DNA from: Eledone cirrhosa | Lineage: Eukaryota | Assembly (NCBI GenBank): GCA_964016885.1 | Contig: OZ024758.1 | Location: 17,484,001 to 17,548,000, forward strand | Length of the DNA: 64,000 nucleotides | Direction: 5' to 3' | Part shown: piece by piece, positions 43,064 to 54,641 of the stretch | Layout of the letters: the number at the start of each line of letters is the position of its first letter | Numbering within the stretch: the stretch's first letter is position 1 | Notes under the pieces: model-generated | What the model saw: only the letters and a program-made list of their open reading frames with translations | What the model was told of the DNA's origin: nothing | The model's database searches: none | Made by a program: the position numbers and the translations under genes

Positions 43064-43500
43064 GCAACAATAATTTGAATAAGTAAACAAAATTGATTAA
43101 AATATGAATTATAAAGAATTAAAAAAAATTTAATAAACAACAACATATGTATAAAAATTATAGAAAGAATATAATACTGGGTAAAAAGAAAAAAAAATGG
43201 CTAAATAAACCCGAAAAAATAAAATAAATCATTCAACAACACATAAAATATAGCAAGGAATATTTGTGAATATTATCATAATTAAATTTCTATTTCAACA
43301 GAGACTTTTCAAGATAAATTGGTTATATCATGAAAAATAATAATGGGTGAATGGAAAAGCCATTCCCTGCATTTGACTTCTAATCATATTTCTAATACTT
43401 TCTGCTGCTCCTCCAAGATAAAAATTTACTCCTGGCTTTTTGATTATTTTCTAACTCACTTAAGTTATAAAATGATTAGTAGGTAGTAGGTACTAAATAA

Positions 43501-43508
43501 ACACATAC

Positions 43509-43570
<62 letters not shown>

Positions 43571-43691
43571 GTATGTGTGTGTGTTTGTATATATAAATAT
43601 ATGTATATGTAAGTATGTATATTTATATGTATGTGTATATATTTATATGTATGTGTATATATGTTTATATATATATGTATATATGTATGCG

Positions 43692-43734
<43 letters not shown>

Positions 43735-44077
43735 ATATATATGGGTATGTGTGTGTGTTTGTATATATAAATATATGTATATGTAAGTATGTATATTTAT
43801 ATGTATGTGTATATATGTTTATATATATATGTATATATGTATGTGTATATATATATATTTATATATTTATATATATATATGTATGTGTATATATATATAT
43901 GGGTATGTGTGTGTGTTTGTATATATAAATATATGTATATGTATGTATATTTATATGTATGTGTATATATGTTTATATATATATGTATATATGTATGTGT
44001 ATACACATATATATATGTATGTGTGTATATGTGTGTATATATATATATGTATGTGTGTATATAAATGTACGTGTATC

Positions 44078-44124
<47 letters not shown>

Positions 44125-44180
44125 ATATATACATATGTATGTGTATGTATGTATGTATGTATATATATATATATACAGAG
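43501..44180. repeat. Compound microsatellite with higher-order duplication
   Basis: GGGTATGTGTGTGTGTTTGTATATATAAATATATG recurs at about 43569, 43743 and 43901. Confidence 0.85.
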
Positions 44181-44319
44181 AGAGAGATACAGAGAGAAGA
44201 GAGACAGAAAGAGGTAGAGAAAGGATAAAAAATATAGACTGGTATAATTATAGGTGATATAAAAAAAGAACCCAGGGAAATAATAAAAAGAGACAGAATG
44301 ATCACACATTATTATGAGC

Positions 44320-44550
44320 ATCTGACACCATGCTTTGCAGCATAGAGTTATGGCCCTTTATGGTCTTAGTTCAAATCTTGCCGAGGTTAGCTTTGCCTTT
44401 CATCCTTAGAAGGTTGATAAAATGAAGTACCAGTAATGCACTGGGATAATTGCTGGCCTTGTGCCAAAAGTAGAAACTGATTTCAAATCCGCTGAGGTTA
44501 ACTTTGCCTTTCATCCTTACGAGGTCGATAAAATAAATTAGAAACAATCA
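44320..44550 (+). mobile_element. S1 SINE plus a partial second copy
   Basis: S1 central domain occurs twice. Confidence 0.75.
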
Positions 44551-44764
44551 TTCTGAGCCTGAAAGAGAGGAGGTGAAATTATTAGATGAGTGATATATTA
44601 GGAGTAAATTGTTTGAAGGTCATTTAGTTTATTTAAAATGAAGTTGTTTGAACATAGAAACTATCAGGTTGAGAGAGAATCCATGCTGAAACCTATCTTT
44701 AAACAACTACCAAGATTGGAAGTTCAATATATGATTCTAAAAGTCTAAAGTCTGTCTTAAGCCA

Positions 44765-45025
44765 GAAAGCTCACTAGGCCAGTGCTTATCCCGGTTTCAT
44801 GGTGTAAAGCAACTGAGAGTACCAGACTACCCCCTGGACAGGACGCCAGGCTATTGCAGGGTTAAACCTCCAGCTATTGCTGGTACTCATTTTCAGCTGA
44901 GTATACTCGAGCAACATGAAATGAAGTGTTTTGCTCAAGAACACAACACATAACCCAGGAATCGAGCCCACGACATTATGATTGTAAGTCCAACACCCTT
45001 ACCACTAGACCACGTACCTCCACCA
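44765..45025 (-). mobile_element. Third tRNA-derived SINE family (CORE-like domain, different tail)
   Basis: Minus strand: GTGGTCTAGTGGTAAGG (A box), GGCTCGATTCC (B box), TTGAGCAAAACACTTCATTTCA, then CCTGCAATAGCCTGGCGTCCTGTCCAGGGG. Confidence 0.75.
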
Positions 45026-46289
45026 ATATATGATTACAGGTCAACTAAATATAAACAAAATCTTTGAGTACATGGAACCTACGGAAAGATTCAACAGAAA
45101 TCTCTAGCGGTTTTACAGCTTCCTTTGTTTTCTCTTTTCCTCTCTTTTTTCATTTTCTTATGCATAATCTTCCTTCCATTGGCCTTCCATACTTGAAATT
45201 TGATGGTATGGATATGTGATGTGCATGGAGGATATCAGTTGTATATAGAAATGTCAAGCTCTTAAAGTTTCTGGAACCTTTAGATGAGGACGATATAGAA
45301 AGACATTGTATGAAGTGGAGGAGATTGATCTCAAGAAGCTGGATCGCAAGAAATTGAACCTCAGAAAGTAGATGACACAGGAAAGAAATATATGAAAAAA
45401 ATGGTGTACTGTAAAGGACACATCTAACCCATGTAAGCATAGGAAGACAGACATAAAAACCATGATGATTGTGCAGATGATGGTGATGAGGATAAAGATG
45501 ACATCCTCATTTTAATAGTATAGTTCTCAGCAGGCTAGGTCAAAAGCAACACTCATTTTTTTCTTTTTTCAAATAGTCAATTTAAATTTGTATCATATAT
45601 AAAATGATCAGTTTCAATTTATTTTAACTGTTACTAGTTTATAACACATATATATAAATAATCAATTTAAATTAAGAAGACAAAAAAACAAAGGAATTAC
45701 TATTTTCTTTTGAACTTAAATTTAATTATGAAGAAAATCTGTAAATGTATTTTTCTAGCATTTTTGTTATAAATAATTTCCTATTAATTCCTATCCTTTC
45801 AAAGTCTTTCTGGTCAGTTCATAAAACAAAAATATAAAACATTCCTAAAAATATTTATTTTGTGTTTTTGTTTTGGCAAGAAACCATTTGTTTTACTGCA
45901 ACCATCTCCAAGAAACGCTTCATAAACCTTACATGCACCAGAGGTCACTTCTTAGGTAAAATGAATTTTCTTTTGAATGCCAAATTCATGTGAACAGCAT
46001 ACATCAGCAATGAGATATTATTGCAATGTCTAAAAAATTGAAATTGCTCCATTACACTCAGGTTATTGATATGCAAGAAGCAAATTATTTCCTTTTATGA
46101 AATATAAGAATATTTCAATGTTTCATAGATTCTTTATTTCTGTTTCTTTTTTATTTTTTTTTTATTTTATGTTATATTTTATCAATATGTTATTTTTGAC
46201 AAAACACACCTAAGTTCTGAAGTTTTCAAGCTACTGTAATATATATTGGTAATCATTATTTAGTTTCAATATTTTAGTGTCTCAAGAGC

Positions 46290-46712
46290 AGTGGATTGGC
46301 AGTATCAGTAGAGGATCGGACGTCATGCTTTGCAGCATAGAGTTACGGCCCTTTATGATCTGAGTTCAAATCCTGCCGAGGTTAAATTTGCCTTTCATCC
46401 TTACGGGGTCGATAAAATAAAGTACCAGTTATGCACTGGGGGTCGATTTAATTGACTTTCCCCTCCCCAAATTTTCTGGCCTTGTGCCTATACTAGAAAT
46501 CATTATTTTGGTGTCTTGTAAGAGGTGGATTGGCAGTATCGGTAGAGGGTCAGACGCCATGCTTTGATGCATAGAGTTACGGTCCTTGCCATTCTGAGTT
46601 CAAATCCCGCCGAGGTTAACTTTGCCTTTCATCCTTACGGGGTCGATAAAATAAAGTACCAGTAATGCACTGGGTAAATCCTGGCCCTGTGCCAAAAGTA
46701 GAAACAATTATT
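46290..46712 (+). mobile_element. Two tandem full-length S1 SINEs
   Basis: 46290-46510 and 46523-46712, each followed by ATTATTTTGGTGTCTTGTAA. Confidence 0.88.
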
Positions 46713-47023
46713 TTGGTGTCTTGTAATCAACATCATCCTCTAGTGGAGCTTGCTTGGATTTATTTCATGTCTTTCTATAGCATAAAGATATCTCTGACAT
46801 CTTTGTTCACCAAGTCTACAGTTGTTAGTACTCCAGCCATCTAACAACGTTAGGTAAGACAGCAAGCACAACTTCATGCCAACAGTCTCTGTTTCCTATC
46901 GCGGTTTGTAGATCATCCTTGTCAAGTCCACTGTCTCTTGCTATGATATCCTGGTATCTGAGCTTTCAATAATTAATTAGAAGAAAGTGTATTTCATTAG
47001 AAATGTGGTCATGAAAGGGTTAA

Positions 47024-47650
47024 CCCTTTTGATTCCAAACTATTTGAAATCACCCTCAGTTTGATGATTTTTAAAGCATTTCCAATGAAATACATTCTAT
47101 TTTAATTAATTATTGAAGAAATTTGAGGGATTTACTAAAAGTATTAATTATTTTTATTACTAAGATAGTAACTTAATATAAGTTTCTTATATAAAACTAT
47201 GCTGGAAGATTCTAATTTCAATTGGAAACCTTTAACCCTTTAGCATTTAAACCGGCCATATCCGGCCAGAATTTTCTCACTTATTTCCGTCCAAACCGGC
47301 TGTAACTGGCCCCACATACCAACATAAAGGTATTGTTCTCAAAATAAATAATATCAAAATCTCATAGATTCGATATTATGTGAGATAATTATGTAAGATA
47401 AAGCCTTTACACTGAAAATACAAAAGTATATGTAGAATAATGTTAATGCTAAAGGGTTAAAATGGGTGATTTTATTTCATAGACCACCAGAGCTGGTTTT
47501 GGCTGGTTTAATAACTAATACAATAGCTTGATATCAGGTTGTTATATAAAATTATTTTGAAAGATTTTAATTTAAATTGGAATCCTTTAAAATGGGCGAT
47601 TTTATTTCATAGAACCAGAGCTGATTTTGGCTAGGTTGGTAACTAAAGGG
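47024..47650. mobile_element. Older piggyBac-type MITE hosting a nested MITE
   Basis: TTAA-CCCTTTT at 47020-47030 and AAAGGG-TTAA at 47645-47654. Confidence 0.6.
47236..47456. mobile_element. piggyBac-type MITE (221 bp)
   Basis: TTAA-CCCTTTAGCATT ... AATGCTAAAGGG-TTAA; same family as 29087-29298 in the opposite orientation. Confidence 0.9.
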
Positions 47651-48367
47651 TTAAGGAAATTATTCATGGTGAAGAAATGGGTTGTAATTTCTAATTTATT
47701 AATATAACTCCCAAGGAAATATTTAAGTGTTTCCTCAAGACTGCAGAACGTTTATAAGATTTCTGTATTTTATGTCTCATTAGGGACATTATTCAATTGG
47801 CTTTCATGCTTTTTATTTTTCTGTATTAATGAGCGAGATTTCACTCTCTGAAGATAAAATAACTAATTTAGAAACAGTATTTAGCTCATTGTGGTAAACA
47901 TTTTAAATGAAATAACATCCAGAAAGCTACTTAAGCCAATTTCATTTGCTACTATAGTATGTTCTTTTATATCTTATCTAAGATATATGTAATTATCATA
48001 GCTCTTTTGATATTTTTTATTCTTTTACTACTTGTAGCATTTAGATGGCAACCATGCTGAGATTTTCAAATAATTGTTGGAAATAATCAAGAATTTGAAT
48101 AGCTAACTTTGTCATCATTAACACTTAACATCCTGTATTTATTTAGCAGGAAATATCTTAAAATGAGTTTGTCAATTCAAATGTTTATTGTTGTATCTTT
48201 ATAAGAGGATAAATTGTTGTGGAAATTTAAACTAAAGTATTAAAGTGCTTTGTAATTTTCAAGAGTGCCTTGCTAATGTGGCTTCATGTGGAACAGGTTG
48301 TTAGAAGTTAGGCTGGTGTTTGGAACATACTTTTTAAAAAAGGTTCTCACAATATGAAGGAAATTGT

Positions 48368-48795
48368 TTAGATAAACATAATGACTTTGAAATAAACAGA
48401 ATTATATCGTAGAACCAAGGAGATTTCACATGCTCTTTAGATACTACTTTGAAATAAACAGAATTATATAATAGAACCAGGGGAAATTTCAGATGGTCTT
48501 TAGATAAACATAACTACTTTGAAATCAACAGGATTATATCATAGAACCAGCAAAATTTCACATGGTCATTAGATAAACATAACTATTTTGAAATAAACAG
48601 TATTATATCATAGAACCAGGGAAATTTCACATGGTCTTTAGATAAACATAACTATTTTGAAATAAACAGTATTATATCATAGAATCAGGGAAATTTCACA
48701 TGGTCTTTAGATAAACATATCTACTTTGAAATAAACAGAATTATATCATAGAATCAGGGGAAATTTCACATGGTTTAGTATCAAAATGGTTAAAT
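48368..48795. repeat. About 6 x 69-bp minisatellite
   Basis: TTAGATA at 48368, 48437, 48500, 48569, 48638 and 48707; ends TATCAAAATGGTTAA, a decayed piggyBac-type terminus. Confidence 0.9.
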
Positions 48796-51700
48796 GATTG
48801 TTAATGGACCAAATTAGAGAGAAGCAGTATGTGGTGACAATAACAATGATGATGAGAATGATGTTAAAGAAGATGATAAGGACAATGAGGACAACAAAGG
48901 TTACAAATTTGACGATGATGATGCTGAATGGGATATTGAGGTACATTTTACTTGAACTTTTATATTGTTGAAATGTTTAATTGGTTAAAAGCAACATATA
49001 GAAACATTATTTAAAGCATGACAAAACCTCTCAGTAAATCATTTGCATAAAGGTCAAAAGGTTACATTCTATGTTAAAGTGTTTTTTTTTCTTTTGCCAT
49101 TTTTTTTCTCCGGATAATATTTCCACCTTTTTCTAATTGTTGATTAGGAAATGAAATTTCTAAATATAAATTTTAATTAAGAACTCATTGTGTAAATAAA
49201 ATTATTTTTATTTCATTACAAGCTAAGACGAAGAATCAATTGAATTTATCAGTCATTTCATAACTGTTTTAATTTAAAAATTTCCCTATACTAAGTTATA
49301 AATTTTTAGCTGTCTTTGCATAAAAATATTTAAAATTGTAATGGCTAAATGGTTGGAAACTTATGATATTGGATTAACAATTAATGGGTCTTCATTTCAA
49401 ATACATTGAAGATGTATGTTTTAATGAACTAGATAATTGAATTCTAAGACCCAAGGCAATCTTACATTATATTTAAAAGCAGAAGAACCCACATAAGACC
49501 ACCTCTACTTCAATTTATATTATTTTGTCAAATACAAGAATCAACTGAAAAGTTCATAGGCTGAAAAAGATACTCTCATGGAATGACCAAATGATGTTCT
49601 TTGTTTCAACATCGTTTCTGGAAAGAAACAAGGCCATTATTAATAGTTGTTTGTGATTTAGGCACAAGGCCAGAAATTTTGGTGGAGGGGAAAGTCGATT
49701 AAATTGATCCTAGTGCATGTCTGGTATTTTATTTTATTGACCCCCGTTTGAACTCAAAATGTAAAGGGTCGTAAACATATGCCACGAGGCAGGGTGTTCG
49801 ATGCTATACTGATACAAGGTAATTAGAAACAAGAAGAGTTGAAATTAATGCATGAAAGATTACACAGCTCTAGCATCATTTCTTCACAGTCAGCCTATTA
49901 AATTTTCAGCTGACCCTTGTAGAATACCATTTCTACTTTTGTTTGTTTCCTTATTGTATGTTGTGTGTATCCAGTTGAGAATAGGGAGCCCTGCATGTCC
50001 TAAGATGTGATTAACAGGGTTGGCACCAGGAAGGGAATCAGGCCATAAACCATTGCCCCTCAAAAAACCCTATGATGGGCATGAAAATTGTTATGAGGCT
50101 GACAAGGCTAACTGCTGCTTCATCAGGGAAGATGCCTTTAAAATGCTCACTGTGGTGTTGTTGTCAGCTCCATCATGGACTTACACATGATAGCTAAAAT
50201 GAACTAAAGAGTTATTATATTTAGGGAGGGTCATGGTGTTCTAATATTGCCAGAAAAATATAGTAAAACACACTCACTGTTTGGTTTGGTTTTCATTTCA
50301 GTACATTTTTATATTTCTATAAATAATTCAGCTGGCAATCAATATTTATCATTGATTGATCAACAGTTAATCATCATCATCATCATCATTTCATTTTACG
50401 TCCGCTTTTTCTCTGCTTGCAAGGGTGGGACGGGACTGATTCTGGCTTGATTTCAACAGCTGGATGCCCTTCCTAACACCAACCTCATTTACAGTGAGTG
50501 CTGGGTGCTTTTTTTCCATGGCCCCTACACGTCCACTTTACAGTGTGGGCTGGGTGCTTTTTTGCTAAAATAAATATAGATATAGTTTCTCGAATTTCTT
50601 TTATCACACACATCTGTGACATCATTTGAAAACCCACAAAACAAGAATTTTAAGAGCATTCTCCTTGCTAAAGAAGAGGTTATCATTTCAGGCTCCATAG
50701 GATCCTTTATATGGCATTGTTTTACTGACAGATGACTTTCTCAGGCTACTGCACACATTAAGTTACTTCTTATGACACGCAGTGATGTGATAAACCCATT
50801 TTTCAGGATACCTACCTTCTCAATGCAAGACCACCAAAGGAAGAAATCTATAATGATGCAGGTCTCTTGAGAAATTGACATCATTACTGCAAGCTAATTG
50901 AAACATTCTGTTCAATGATATCACGCTCAAAATAAATAGTGAAATGAGCTGTAAATTCACACTTGCTTGCTGGTGTACCAAAATATACTATTGTACATGT
51001 TTCTTCTAGAAATTATATCTGTTATTGACCAAAGAGATATTTTCACTCCTCTACTTGATATTATAAATTGAAACTATATATAATTCTTATCATCCCTTGG
51101 AAATGTAAAGACTTTAGTTGTGAACAATAGGCAGCAGCTCTTTTACAAGAATAAATATATTTATAATTCATATTATGTCATCCATTTGGAACTATACATC
51201 ACTCATCAGTCCTCCGAGGTTTCAAAGATATTTATGAGAAAGTTCACAGTTTATCTAGCCATTGGGGATAAGTTACACATATTTGGTATCCTACCCAAAG
51301 AGAGATTTTTGTCATGAAATTAGAATTACACACAAGAGCTTAGGCTTTCAATCCATAGAAGATATCTTCAGATAAAATTAGTTTATCAAGTTGTAATATT
51401 AACACTTTCAGTACTATTTCTATATATTTTTAATCAATTTAATGCCTATATTTTTCAATTGGTTTTTAATATAACATGATAGTGGAGATGACTTAATAAA
51501 AATATCTCTTACTTTATATATTTGTATAAACATTATGCTGAAGTTGACTAACTGGAATCTCATGTTACTATTCATGGTGTTATGAAATTTTGATCAATAT
51601 TGCAATTCAAATATGAACACATTGGTGTTCAAATTTAAATTTACGGGTGGTCTCAGGGCGTGTTGGCATTAAAAGAATTAAGTAGACTCTTCTTAATCTG

Positions 51701-52408
51701 CTTAACTTTAAATATGGGAGGAGCGACATAATCAGATCTTTTGGGAACGTTACCTTGAGAGATTAAATCAAGTGAATATACAACTAAACAACAGCTTAAA
51801 AAGAGACGTAAGATTTGTGGATAAATTTATGACCACCATTATCACTCATAATATATTTGCTTCAGTGTTGTTTTGTTCTTAGAACAATCTCGAAGTTAAT
51901 GTATAAATTATGTGTCACATTAGTGTAGTAGAGAGGCAGAAACTGTACAGTGATGGATTAAATCACTAGCTTGTAGAATAACCCCATATTGTCATTAAAG
52001 ACACGCTGGGAAATAAATAACTGGTTTTATACCATTAGTTCAAACTGACTGACTGCATGAACATCTAATGAGAAACAGGTTGTTTTGTTGCAAACATGTC
52101 TTTGCTGACAATTTGCCTCTTATAAGCCACAGAATTACTGATTAGACAATATAGCACAAAATTACTCTCACTAAGAGGAAATATATGAAGACATGTCTTT
52201 GTCATTAAGGAATTCACTTTCTAACAAAGTTGTTAGGGTTTCAGTCTCATTGCATGGCAATTTGGGTAATGTTTATTATAGCCTAGGATTGTCTGCACTT
52301 TGTGAATAAAATAAGAACAACTGAAACAGTGTGGAAGCTCATTGTTATATATATATATATATATATACAATATTAAATAAATCGAAACTATATTTATAAA
52401 ACCATATT

Positions 52409-52474
52409 TATTTCATTATACATATTTCAGGGATACCACATTAAAAATATGGTATGCCTTCATCAGACAAAATA
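52409..52474 (-). ncRNA. Type I hammerhead motif (left arm)
   Basis: Reverse complement of 52611-52676. Confidence 0.78.
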
Positions 52475-52610
52475 CAATATATAAACAGTTTTATAAATAA
52501 TTTTGACGTACCCTATTAGAAGCGACCATTACTATCCAGACAGCTTCCAAAAGTAATGGTCGCTTCTAATAGGGTACGTCAAAATTATTTATAAAACTGT
52601 TTATATATTG

Positions 52611-52676
52611 TATTTTGTCTGATGAAGGCATACCATATTTTTAATGTGGTATCCCTGAAATATGTATAATGAAATA
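52611..52676 (+). ncRNA. Type I hammerhead motif (right arm)
   Basis: TATTTTGT CTGATGA AGG C ATACCATATT TTT AATGTGGTAT C CCT GAAA T ATGT A TA ATGAAATA; stem I is 8 bp with two G.U pairs. Confidence 0.78.
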
Positions 52677-52837
52677 AATATGGTTTTATAAATATAGTTT
52701 CCATTTATTTAATATCGTATATCTACTCCAAAAACTTGTCGAGTGCTTTATATCAGTTATAAAATATTTACTTGTTGTATCCCAACAATTTTAAATAAAA
52801 CTTTTGCATATATATATATATAACAATATATAATATA

Positions 52838-53150
52838 TGGCCTTGCAATCGAAAGGTTGTGAGTTCAATTCTCAGACCGGGTGATGTGTTGTTTCCTTGA
52901 GCAAGACACTTTATTTCACATTGCTCCAGTTTACTCAGCTGTAGAAATGAGATGATAGGGACTGGGGTCCATATCATTCCACTGCAAAGTGGTCGTGGAG
53001 GTGCCACGGCAAAAAAGCACCCAGCATTCACTGTAAATGAGGTTGGTGTTAGGAAGGGCATCCAGCTGTAGAAATCAAGCCAGAATCAGTTCCCATTCCA
53101 CCCTTGCAAGCAGGGAAAAAGCGGACGTAAAATGAAATGATGATGATGTT
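52838..53150 (+). mobile_element. S2 SINE, slightly 5'-truncated
   Basis: Matches 37165-37470. Confidence 0.85.
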
Positions 53151-53399
53151 GATATATATATATATATTACTTTTTTACCTGTTGCAGCATTCCGGCTGAG
53201 GCCATGCTGGAGCATATATTCACACACACACACACACACACTGAACGGTCTTTTGATAAGCCTTATAGCCTCACAGCAATGGGGCACTTCTATAGTGCAG
53301 TAATACTACAAAGCAATTTGGTGAAACTGCAGTCAGGACTTTGAAGAAAAAATAGGTATATTTTTGTTTATTATTTCTTTGCATTTTTAATTTTATAAA

Positions 53400-53665
53400 T
53401 ATGTGTATGTATATATATATGTATGTATATATATATGTGTATGTATATATATGTATATATATATGTATATATATATGTATATATATATGTATATGTATAT
53501 ATATGTATATGTATATATATGTATATGTATATATGTATATATATGTATATAAATGTATATGTATATATATGTATATGTATGTATATGTATATATATGTAT
53601 ATATATGTATATGTATATATATGTATATGTATATATATGTATATGTATATATATATATGTATATG

Positions 53666-53712
<47 letters not shown>

Positions 53713-53738
53713 GTATATGTATATATATGTATATGTAT

Positions 53739-53788
<50 letters not shown>

Positions 53789-53859
53789 GTATATGTATAT
53801 ATATATGTATATGTATATATATATGTATATATGTATATGTATATATATATGTATATATA

Positions 53860-53894
<35 letters not shown>

Positions 53895-53907
53895 ATATAT
53901 GTATATG

Positions 53908-53938
<31 letters not shown>

Positions 53939-53975
53939 GTATATGTATATATATATGTATATGTATATATATATG

Positions 53976-54025
<50 letters not shown>

Positions 54026-54172
54026 CATATACATATATAAAAATATATATATAGATATACATATATATATAAATATATATATAGATATACATATATATAT
54101 AAATATATATATAGATATATATATATATATATATATATATAGATATACATATATATATAAATATATATATAG

Positions 54173-54203
<31 letters not shown>

Positions 54204-54217
54204 GATATATAGATATA
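53400..54217. repeat. (TA)n/(TATATG)n microsatellite
   Basis: Visible directly. Confidence 0.96.
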
Positions 54218-54436
54218 TAACGAAGGAAATGTGGTAAGGAACCAGGTGGACCATAACGCACCAAAGTACTCAATACTTGAGGTAGTAGAGTGGGTATTAG
54301 GAACCAGTAAGACCCCGACAGCTGAGCTCAAGCCGTTTCGACGGCTAATTCTGGACAGAATTAATCCAGAATTAGCCGTCGAAACGGCTTGAGCTCAGCT
54401 GTCGGGGTCTTACTGGTTCCTAATACCCCCTCTACT
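54218..54436. mobile_element. Palindromic element, family A (tail on minus strand)
   Basis: About 70-bp arms centred near 54360; lies just upstream of the RTE. Confidence 0.82.
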
Positions 54437-54496
54437 ATATAGATATATATACAGATATACATATATATATATATATAGATATACATATATATATAA

Positions 54497-54527
<31 letters not shown>

Positions 54528-54606
54528 GATATATATATATATATATATATAGATATAGATATACATATATATATATATATATATATAGATATACATATAT
54601 ATATAA

Positions 54607-54639
<33 letters not shown>

Positions 54640-54641
<2 letters not shown>

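Larger units (their letters stand above)
52363..52722. mobile_element. 360-bp palindrome (about 170-bp arms, 18-nt spacer) with a hammerhead in each arm
   Basis: Arms at about 52363-52533 and 52552-52722, nearly perfect; flanked by (TA)n; tail carries GTCGAGTGC. Confidence 0.88.
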
